In this document: piece by piece, positions 29,022-36,781 of the stretch
How positions within the stretch are numbered: the stretch's first letter is position 1
Layout: each line of letters opens with the position of its first letter
Origin: Acidobacteriota bacterium
GTDB lineage: Bacteria; Acidobacteriota; Polarisedimenticolia; J045
Reading direction: 5' to 3'
Assembly (NCBI GenBank): GCA_024763475.1
Contig: JANTFM010000003.1
Span: 1 to 41,593 of the forward strand
Length of the DNA: 41,593 nucleotides
Made by a program: the position numbers and the translations under genes
The notes under the pieces: model-generated
Seen by the model: the letters and a program-made list of their open reading frames with translations, nothing else
What the model was told of the DNA's origin: nothing
Database searches by the model: none

Positions 29022-31262
29022 GTGCTATTGCACCACCTCGGCCTTGATCCTCCTGGCTGCGCCAGGGTCCGGAGATGGACTTTCCTCCGACTTTCCGCTT
29101 GGCTGCCGGCACTCTCTCTCTCGCTGCTATGCTCCGCGGCCCCCCCCGCCCATGCTCCGGAACCAAGAGTCGTGGTGGCGGGGACAACCAGCGCACCGGT
29201 CCGGCTCGATGGCGTGCTCGACGAGGCCGATTGGGATCATGCGGGGACCATTCCCGATCTGGTCCAGCAGGACCCCCACCCGGGCGAGTCCACGCCGTAC
29301 AAGACCGAGATCCGCCTGCTGGTCGATGAGGGGAACCTCTATCTCGGCATCAGCTGCCGGGACCCGGACCCTGGCCGCATCGCGGTTCACACGATGGAGC
29401 GGGATGGGAACCTGCGGGGCGATGACACCGTCACCATCGTGCTCGAGACCCTCGGAGACCGGCGGCGCGGCTACCTCTTCAAGGTCAACGCCGCCGGAGC
29501 GCGCCTCGACGGGTTGATCTCCGGCCCGGAGAGCTTCAAGACCGATTGGGACGGCATCTGGGACACGAGGGTCCGGCGCGGCGCCGACGGGTGGAGCGCC
29601 GAGATACGAATCCCAGCCCAGACCCTGCGCTTCACGCCGGGTGCGGACAGCTGGGGCTTCAACGTCGAGCGCTATGTCGCGCGCGAACGGACCACACTGC
29701 GCTGGGCCGGGACAAGCCTGGACGCCCGCTTGATCGACCTCAGGCGTGCGGGACGGCTCCGCGGGTTGCGCGGACTGCGACAAGGGAAGGGGCTTTCTGC
29801 AAGCCCCTACGGCCTCTTCCGCTCGAACCGTGATTTCGAGGAGGCAAGCCGTGCGCACAAGGGAGATGGCGGCTTCGATCTGACCTGGAACCTGAGCTCA
29901 GGGTTGGCTGCGGTCTTGACGGTCAACACGGACTTCGCCGAAACCGAGGTCGACACACGCCAGGTAAACCTGACCCGCTTCCCGCTCTTCTTCCCGGAGA
30001 AACGTGGCTTCTTCCTCGAAGGCTCGAACCTGTTTTCCTTCGGCTCTGGGCTGCATGCCGACTTCATCCCCTTCTTTTCTCGCCGGATCGGCCTCTACGA
30101 CGAGCAGCAGGTCCCGATCGACCTGGGTGTCAAACTGCTCGGTCAGGCTGGACGCTGGGGCATCGCTGTCCTCGACACCAAGACCGGCGACAGCGATACG
30201 ACCCCTGGGACGAACCTCTTCGCCGGCCGTGTGACCTATGACGCGAACGAACACTTGACGCTCGGGACCATGGTCACCAACGGTGATCCCAACGGCGTCG
30301 ATGATAACGCCCTCCTGGGGTTCGACCTCCTCTGGCAGACCCCCACCTTTCGGGGAGACAAGAACCTCTCGATCGGCGCCTGGACCGCCCTCTCCCGGGG
30401 GGACAACCCCGACGGCCAGCGCTCCGGGTGGGGGCTCAAGGTCGACTACCCAAACGATCTTTGGGACGTGTTTCTCGTCCTCAAGGAACTTGGCGAGGGG
30501 CTCGATCCCGCCCTCGGCTTCATTCCACGGCCGGGAACGCGCTGGCTCCAGGGTGGTGGTTCCTACATGCCGCGCCCGAGCGGCGAGTCCTGGAGCTGGG
30601 TGCGACAGTTCTTTTTCGAGTTCTACCTAACCGCCGTCGGGGATCTCGACGGTCATACCGAGTCGTGGAGGGTCTTCACCGCGCCTTTCAATCTCCGCAC
30701 CCAGTCCGGCGAGCATCTCGAAGCGAATGTCGTACCCCAGTTCGAGCGCCTCACGGAACCCTTTGAAATTGCCCCCGGGGTCATCATCCCGCCCGGAGAC
30801 TTCACCTTTACCCGCTACCGCGCAGAGGCCCAGTCCTCCAGGCACCGCCGCTGGCAGGCCGGCGCGACGATCTGGTTCGGAGAGTTCTACAACGGGCGCC
30901 TCGAGCAGTACGAGACCTACCTACGCTACGCGAGCGAGACCGGACAGCTCCAACTCGAAGTGGCGGCAGAGAACGCCTTCGGCCACCTCCCGGCGGGTGA
31001 GTTCATACAACGCCTCTGGCAACTTAAAGCAGTCTATGCGTTTACGCCGCGCCTCCTTCTCTCGAGTTACACCCAGTACGACTCGGAGTCCCGCAACCTG
31101 GGACTAAACACCCGCCTCCGCTGGACGATGCACCCCGGCAACGACCTCTACGTCGTGTGGAACCACGACTGGGAGCGACCCATAGGCAACCCCAGCGACC
31201 CCACCCTCCGCTCCCTCAGCGATCAGGTCGTCCTCAAGCTACGCTGGACCTTCCGCCGCTAG
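29022..31262 (+). CDS. CBM9-like + DUF5916-type beta-barrel outer-membrane protein (start uncertain)
   Basis: LDGVLDEADW, WSAEIRIP, NTDFAETEVD...NLTRFPLFFPEKRGFFLEG and FFSRRIG. C-terminal VLKLRWTF. Confidence 0.82.
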   Translation: MLLHHLGLDPPGCARVRRWTFLRLSAWLPALSLSLLCSAAPPAHAPEPRVVVAGTTSAPVRLDGVLDEADWDHAGTIPDLVQQDPHPGESTPYKTEIRLLVDEGNLYLGISCRDPDPGRIAVHTMERDGNLRGDDTVTIVLETLGDRRRGYLFKVNAAGARLDGLISGPESFKTDWDGIWDTRVRRGADGWSAEIRIPAQTLRFTPGADSWGFNVERYVARERTTLRWAGTSLDARLIDLRRAGRLRGLRGLRQGKGLSASPYGLFRSNRDFEEASRAHKGDGGFDLTWNLSSGLAAVLTVNTDFAETEVDTRQVNLTRFPLFFPEKRGFFLEGSNLFSFGSGLHADFIPFFSRRIGLYDEQQVPIDLGVKLLGQAGRWGIAVLDTKTGDSDTTPGTNLFAGRVTYDANEHLTLGTMVTNGDPNGVDDNALLGFDLLWQTPTFRGDKNLSIGAWTALSRGDNPDGQRSGWGLKVDYPNDLWDVFLVLKELGEGLDPALGFIPRPGTRWLQGGGSYMPRPSGESWSWVRQFFFEFYLTAVGDLDGHTESWRVFTAPFNLRTQSGEHLEANVVPQFERLTEPFEIAPGVIIPPGDFTFTRYRAEAQSSRHRRWQAGATIWFGEFYNGRLEQYETYLRYASETGQLQLEVAAENAFGHLPAGEFIQRLWQLKAVYAFTPRLLLSSYTQYDSESRNLGLNTRLRWTMHPGNDLYVVWNHDWERPIGNPSDPTLRSLSDQVVLKLRWTFRR

Positions 31263-31299
31263 ACCCCACGATGCCCCCCCGCTCCCACCGCGCCCTCTC

Positions 31300-31504
31300 T
31301 CAGCTGACCCTGGTTGTTGGCGAGCAGCTCCGCCCTCAACTCACCCAGGTTGATTGCGGGCTCTCAACCCACCCAGGTTGATTTCGAACAGCCTGATGGC
31401 GAGCACCTAGTCTGATTGTGCATGCCTCTCAAGTCACAAGATTTGTTAGTTATTAGCTATTGACTTTCAACTCACCCAGGTTGATTGCAAATGCCCCGGG
31501 TCGA
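31300..31504. repeat. Cluster of TCAAC-N8-GTTGA (CCCAGGTTGAT) repeats around an AT-rich island
   Basis: TCAACTCACCCAGGTTGA at 31336-53 and 31467-84, TCAACCCACCCAGGTTGA at 31364-81, and degenerate copies near 31300 and 31487. AT-rich stretch at 31431-31466. Confidence 0.8.
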
Positions 31505-31563
31505 TGAAGGCCAGTTACCGGAAAGACGATTCAGGTCAGCCATTTAGCACCACGGCCAGCCGT

Positions 31564-32100
31564 TCAGTCGGGATCGTCTTCCACGCCCAGAGCGTCGGCC
31601 ACGCGGTTGATGTAGTTGAAGTAGGCCGCAACTTGGACGGCAGCGTGAATCTCCACATCTGAGGCACCGGCTGCCTTGAGAACCTCGACATCTGCCTTGC
31701 AGCACGCGGCGGGCGAGAGCGTCATTTTCCTGGCGTAGGCGAGCAAGGCGCGCTGGGTGGGGTCCAGGGCAGGGGCCGGGTCAGCGGAAACGAGCGTCTC
31801 GGTCTTGTGGGGGGGAGCCTCGGCACGGAGGTCCACGAGATGGGCCTCGAGTCAGTAGTAACACTCGTTAAGGCGCGAGACCGTGACCCCGATCAACTCG
31901 CGGAACCAGCGCGGCAGGGGTGAGGACGGATGCATCACCGACGCCTGGTAGAGACCCAGGGAAGCGTAGAGGACATGCGGCTCGGCGGACTGAGCCCGCA
32001 CGATCTCGAAGACCCGTCCACTACGGCGGATGGCCTCGTCGTAGAGTTTGCGAAGCCGCCCCTTGGCCTCGGGGGGGGAGATCGTGTGAATCCAAGTCAT
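31564..32100 (-). CDS. AhpD/carboxymuconolactone decarboxylase-like peroxidase, probable selenoprotein (CxxU)
   Basis: The two ORF-track pieces share one frame, separated only by TGA at 31854-31852: VSRLNECYY-U-LEAH...YFNYINRVADALG. This matches the N-x-C-x-Y-C-x3-H motif. ATG at 32100. Confidence 0.87.
31814..31834 (-). promoter_or_regulatory. Candidate SECIS element of the AhpD-like gene
   Basis: Minus strand GGA-CCTC-[CGTGCC]-GAGG-c-TCC. The loop starts 24 nt after the TGA, with GT at loop positions 2-3. Confidence 0.6.
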
Positions 32101-32332
32101 CGCTCGTCCTTCTCGCTCCCGGGAAGCAGTCACTTACCAAACGGGCTACAATGGTAATACAGCGATCGCGGACACCGCAAAGAGGCCAACAGCGCCAAGC
32201 CGCGTACGCTGGGGATCTAGAAGAGGTCCCGGTGTGTCGGAGGAAGGACTCCTGAGAGTTTCCGGCCGACGGTTGTGTGAGCAGTTCTCGCGCGCCTGAC
32301 CTGCGAGCGCGAGGCCCCTGGGAGATGGGAAC

Positions 32333-32896
32333 ATGCGCGGATGGAATCAATGGCTCTGGACAGTAGCGTTGGTGTTTGTGCTCGCGGGAGTCTCCGCCAC
32401 CCTGGCGGCAGAGGGCCGCACGAAGAAAGCGAAGGTTGGCATGAAAGCTCCAGACTTCACCTTGGTAGGGAGTGATGGGAAGACCTACCAACTCTCGGAC
32501 TACCTCGGCAAGCAGGCCGTGGTCATCGCCTGGTTCCCACGGGCGTTCACTGGCGGCTGAACAGCCCAGTGCAAGGCGCTCCGTGAGAGCGGCGAAGCGA
32601 TCCAGGAATTCAATGTGGCGCTGTTCGCAGCCAGCATCGATGCTCCAGAAACCAACCGGAAATTCGCAGAATCCCTGGGCTTGGGTTATCCGATCCTCAG
32701 CGACCCCGACAAGAAGACTGCCAAGGCCTACGGCGTGCTCAAGACCCTAGGCCTCTACGCAGCGCGCCACACCGTGTACATCAGCGCCACAGGCGAGATC
32801 CTGCTGATCGACAAGAATGTCAAGCCGACCACCGCCGGGGCGGACATGATCCGGCAGCTGGAGAAACTCAAGATTCCCCGCAAGACCGAGAAATGA
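32333..32896 (+). CDS. BCP/PrxQ-type peroxiredoxin with signal peptide, probable selenoprotein
   Basis: KVGMKAPDFTL...AWFPRAFTGG-U-TAQCK...YPILSD...ARHTVYI. TGA at 32558-32560 occupies the peroxidatic PxxxTxxC position, and the downstream ORF is in frame. Confidence 0.9.
32577..32591 (+). promoter_or_regulatory. Candidate SECIS element of the peroxiredoxin
   Basis: CGCTC-[CGTGA]-GAGCG. The loop starts 21 nt after the TGA, with GT at loop positions 2-3. Confidence 0.62.
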
Positions 32897-32957
32897 TCCG
32901 GGCTGAATAGGACCGCCACTGCGCTCCCGCAGCTGAAGGGCTCGTGCCTATTCCGGT

Positions 32958-34499
32958 CTAAGGGCAGCTGATCACCTCTTGCTCGAGGCAGGGAGCCACC
33001 GAGGCGGAGCGGGGACTTCCGTCGCTGGAAAAACCATAGGAACCCTCCTTCCCGGACGCTTGGGGCACGGCCAGGAAGTACACACTTCCCGCACCAGGTG
33101 TCACCGTATACGCGGTCAGTCCCATCGTGCTGCAGACACTGGGAAGGTGCGAGGCAAAATCTCCTATCGATCCCTCGTAGATGCCGAAGTCCGAGTCCTC
33201 CGCCAAGCACGAAGGGGCCCAGGATAGGTTCAGATCGCCATTCGCGGCCTTGGACACGGACAAGCCCTCCCCAAGACCCCCTACCGGAACACTCCCGGAG
33301 CCTCCCAGCGGTAAGCGATCGGTGTAAACCGCGTTGTGCCCCTTCCAGTACATGAAGGGAATCGCCGGGGCACCGGGAGGAACCTGCCGAATCGTGTTCG
33401 GTTGCCGGTTTTGTGCGTTGTCGAAGGTCAGCTGAACCAGTGGCCCCCAGCTTTCGGTCAACGGATCCCATTTCCGATGCCAGATGTTGGACTGATTTCC
33501 ATCGTTGTTCACGTCCAAGGCGACGAACATCCACACATCGTCTCCTCGATAGGCCAGCGCGCTGCGAAAGTGGAATCCGTCCTGCTCCGGATGGTCCACC
33601 ACGTCGATGTAACGCCACGCCTCCTCGCTCCCCATCACCTTGTAGGCGTGCTTAACGCTTTCTGCCGTGCAGGACCAGACGACATGCAAGGTATTGCTGG
33701 CGGTTACCGTGAAGGCGAACTCGCGGGTCAAGGCACTCGCACCGCACCCCACGGTCTCATCAGAGGAACTCCAGACGAGGCTATCCGTTGGCTTCACGAA
33801 GCCGCTGCCATCCCAGCGGTAGTACTGGATCTTGGCTCCGTCTACCCAAACGACGACAACGGGGCGTCCCTCGTTGTCCAGGCTCGATCCAACGCGCACA
33901 TTTGCATCGGGGAGGTCTTCCACCCAGCCACTCCCGATGAGCATGCCGTCGTGCGAATACCTGAAGAAACGCACGTTGCCAGCGGGGTCGTTCGTGGTGC
34001 GGGTGATGATGAATAGCTCATCCGCCGTTGCCACCACATTTGAGCGCTTGCGCAACCCGACGTCCGTGATGACCTCCTGGGGAAGCCCGATATCCGACGT
34101 GGTTCCGCCAGGGGTACCGATCCGATACCAGTAGACCCTTGTGGCGTCCGGATGAGTGACCCACATATTCGACCCGTATCCCGTCATCGAAGCATGGTAG
34201 TTGAGCCACCCGGCGACTTCTCCCCCGACGCTGCTTTCGAAAACGTTCGCGGCGGTGTCTTCGAAGGCGGTCCAACTCACGCCCGCGTCGGTCGACTTGA
34301 AGAACTGATCGTGATCGTCCGCCACCACGAGCCAGAGCTCATAGGGATTCTCGGGATTGATGTACATTTTCCACCGCGGAACGCCAATGGTCGGATTGAT
34401 GTTCGCCGTATCGATCAGATGGTTCTGCCCCCACGCCGCGGGCAAGAACAAGAGTAAGAGAACACAATTGGTTGCGATTGAACTCAGCCAACGAGTCAC
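32958..34499 (-). CDS. Secreted beta-propeller/BNR-like protein with shared C-terminal 'CP' domain
   Basis: Likely start GTG 34499 after AGGGGAG. Signal peptide ...LLFLPAAWG, Asp-box STDAGVSW, and end EGSYGFSSDGSPRS...CLEQEVISCP. Confidence 0.78.
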   Translation of the reverse strand: MTRWLSSIATNCVLLLLFLPAAWGQNHLIDTANINPTIGVPRWKMYINPENPYELWLVVADDHDQFFKSTDAGVSWTAFEDTAANVFESSVGGEVAGWLNYHASMTGYGSNMWVTHPDATRVYWYRIGTPGGTTSDIGLPQEVITDVGLRKRSNVVATADELFIITRTTNDPAGNVRFFRYSHDGMLIGSGWVEDLPDANVRVGSSLDNEGRPVVVVWVDGAKIQYYRWDGSGFVKPTDSLVWSSSDETVGCGASALTREFAFTVTASNTLHVVWSCTAESVKHAYKVMGSEEAWRYIDVVDHPEQDGFHFRSALAYRGDDVWMFVALDVNNDGNQSNIWHRKWDPLTESWGPLVQLTFDNAQNRQPNTIRQVPPGAPAIPFMYWKGHNAVYTDRLPLGGSGSVPVGGLGEGLSVSKAANGDLNLSWAPSCLAEDSDFGIYEGSIGDFASHLPSVCSTMGLTAYTVTPGAGSVYFLAVPQASGKEGSYGFSSDGSPRSASVAPCLEQEVISCP

Positions 34500-34728
34500 G
34501 ATGATTGCTCCCCTGTCCGTATACATCCCCGGCCTCATAGAATGAAGCGCTGTTGCAGTCCTTACTAACGTAGGCCCAGCGTAAGACATTGCACGTCAAG
34601 AACACGAGTTGCGCGGAACTCGAGCTGTGGAGCCTGGCTGGGAACGCTGGATGGACATCCGGTCTAGCCCGACCGGAATCTCCAGCACCTCACCAGGAGT
34701 CTCCGCCCATCCCTCGTAGCCGGGACGA

Positions 34729-36366
34729 TCAAGGGCAAGCACCCGGAGTGAGCGAGACACTCGGGTGACCGTGAGCGCTCTCTTCACCCTCAGGGCTGAC
34801 GGCCGTGACGAGGTAGAGCAGTGCCTGCTCCGGCAGGGGCAGCGTAGGGTCCCCGCCCAACCAGATAGGCGTTCCGTCCGCCGTCTGGTGGACGCACTGG
34901 AACGCGTCGACTCCCGGCCGCGGAGCACGATAGACGTGGTAGCTAGCCACGGGATGTTCGGTCTCGTAGGAAAGGTCCTCCCAGCTCCAATCCTCTCCCA
35001 GGAGGAAAGGAGCCGCCCCCGGTCCGGAGACCTGGAAGTCGGTAAATAGCGGGAGAATCTTCGAGATGACACCGTCCCGATCGACGATGAAGATCTCGCC
35101 CCTCGCGTCCTTACCGAAGCTCGTGAGATCGAAGGTCAGGGCTCCGCCGGGATCGAGCTGGGCCGTGTGATCCTGGGGATCCGTAGCGACTCCGCCTTCG
35201 AAGACGAACGAGCGGATGAATCCGGCGCAGTAGTCGCCGTAGAGGTAGCGCCCCTGAAGCGACGACATGCGGCAACCGCGATACACATAGCCGCCGGTGA
35301 CCGAACAAGCGAGACCCGCGTGGTCGTATTCCAAGACGGGAAGCAGAAGCGAAGGATCGCCACACTCTGGGGACGTCGAACAGCTCACTCCGGGGGGATC
35401 ACAGGCTGGCGTGCCCCCATCGAAGCAGTGCATGCCCTCCATCTGCCGCCAGCCATAGTTGGCACCTGGCGCGAGATCGCCCGGCGTGACGTTCACCTCT
35501 TCCCAGCAGGACTGGCCGACATCGGCAATGTAAAGATCGCCGGTCAGCGGGTCGATTTCGTTACGCCAGGGGTTGCGAAGGCCATAGGTGTAGATCTCGT
35601 CGCAAGTCCCCCCCGCCCCGTCCGCGAATGGGTTGTCCGACGGCACGCTGTAGTTTCCCGGACCTTCGAAACAGTCCGCGGGGTTTGGTGTCGGCGCCAC
35701 ACCCCGCACATCGATCCTGAGGATCTTGCCCAGCAGCGTCTCAAGCTTCTGGCCGTTGCCGCAGAGACCATGGACATCGCCACCGCCTCCGCCGTCACCG
35801 CTGCTGATGTACAGGTAGCCATCCGCGGCAAAGAAGATCTGCCCGCCATTGTGATTCGTGCTGGGCTGCGAGAAACGCAGCACGCGGCTTTCGCTGAGCG
35901 GATCGGCCACGTCCGGGTCACCTGCAGAGACGTCATAGCGCGCGACGACGCTGAAATGGGGACCCGAGGCGCTGTCACTCTCGGTGTAGTTGACGAAAAA
36001 GCGGCCGGTCGTCTCGTAGTCCGGATCGAAGGCCATGCCGAGCAGACCCTGCTCGTTCCCATGGGTGCTGACCGTGCTGCGAAGATCCAGGAAGAGCTGC
36101 AGGTCCCCTGTGCCGTCTCCACGATGATGGATCCAGACCCGACCGTCTTGGCAGACGATAAAGATTCGTGTCGCATCCCCGGGGACAGCCGTCACGAGCA
36201 GGGGATCGACCAAGAGCGGAGAGTTCGCCACGATGAGGCTCTTTAGACCGGAATGCTCGAGCGCGCTGACTCCTTCGCAGAGCTCTTGCGCGCCACTGTT
36301 CGGAAGTATCATGCTGAGACACAGGACGAGAGACCAAGGAAGATGGCGAGCAACACGCAGAGTCAT
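34729..36366 (-). CDS. GSDH (PQQ-dependent glucose/sorbosone dehydrogenase-like) secreted protein with divergent C-terminal 'CP' domain
   Basis: EQGLLGMAFDP, NHNGGQIFF, YLYISSGDGG, GKILRID, YGLRNPWR, DVGQ and NYGWR. ATG 36366. Ends YLVTAV..EGEESAHG...GACP. Confidence 0.86.
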   Translation of the reverse strand: MTLRVARHLPWSLVLCLSMILPNSGAQELCEGVSALEHSGLKSLIVANSPLLVDPLLVTAVPGDATRIFIVCQDGRVWIHHRGDGTGDLQLFLDLRSTVSTHGNEQGLLGMAFDPDYETTGRFFVNYTESDSASGPHFSVVARYDVSAGDPDVADPLSESRVLRFSQPSTNHNGGQIFFAADGYLYISSGDGGGGGDVHGLCGNGQKLETLLGKILRIDVRGVAPTPNPADCFEGPGNYSVPSDNPFADGAGGTCDEIYTYGLRNPWRNEIDPLTGDLYIADVGQSCWEEVNVTPGDLAPGANYGWRQMEGMHCFDGGTPACDPPGVSCSTSPECGDPSLLLPVLEYDHAGLACSVTGGYVYRGCRMSSLQGRYLYGDYCAGFIRSFVFEGGVATDPQDHTAQLDPGGALTFDLTSFGKDARGEIFIVDRDGVISKILPLFTDFQVSGPGAAPFLLGEDWSWEDLSYETEHPVASYHVYRAPRPGVDAFQCVHQTADGTPIWLGGDPTLPLPEQALLYLVTAVSPEGEESAHGHPSVSLTPGACP

Positions 36367-36565
36367 GAGAGTCCTTCCCTTTCGCGCCCAACCGAAAGCC
36401 CAGCGCATCTTAACTTACTCGCGCGATATTGTCAGTTATTGTATTAGATGATATCTAAAGGTATCCGTCGTCTAATTCCGACGATACACAACGAGGCAGC
36501 CCCTCTCAAGGAGCGTGGAATCAGCCCGTTCGCGCAACGCGTCGCTATTGCGCAGCAAGTCAGGC

Positions 36566-36680
36566 CTTGCGGCTGGAAGGGGTATGTAGCGGCCCTTCGG
36601 CCCCTAGCTCGGATGTCGAGCGACGCTCGAGCCCGTCAATGTGGCCTGGCTCCAATCGCACCCCTTCCCGGGCACGCAAG
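36566..36680. repeat. Imperfect intergenic inverted repeat (REP-like)
   Basis: CTTGCG/CGCAAG and GGAAGGGGT/ACCCCTTCC enclose the palindrome TCGAGCG-A-CGCTCGA (36616-36630). Shares GGCCCTTCGGCC with the element at 26703-26714. Confidence 0.45.
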
Positions 36681-36781
36681 CCGCACGAGAGGATCGTAGT
36701 CAAGCAAACGCGAAACACCGAAGTGGTCACGGCGTGGAGCTAACCCCACACCTCCTCCTTGCTGCGCGCGATCGGCAGACT

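Noticed and set aside
31564-32896. Two pseudogenes or four small ORFs
   Set aside because: Single TGAs at catalytic Cys positions with similar downstream hairpins fit Sec recoding much better.
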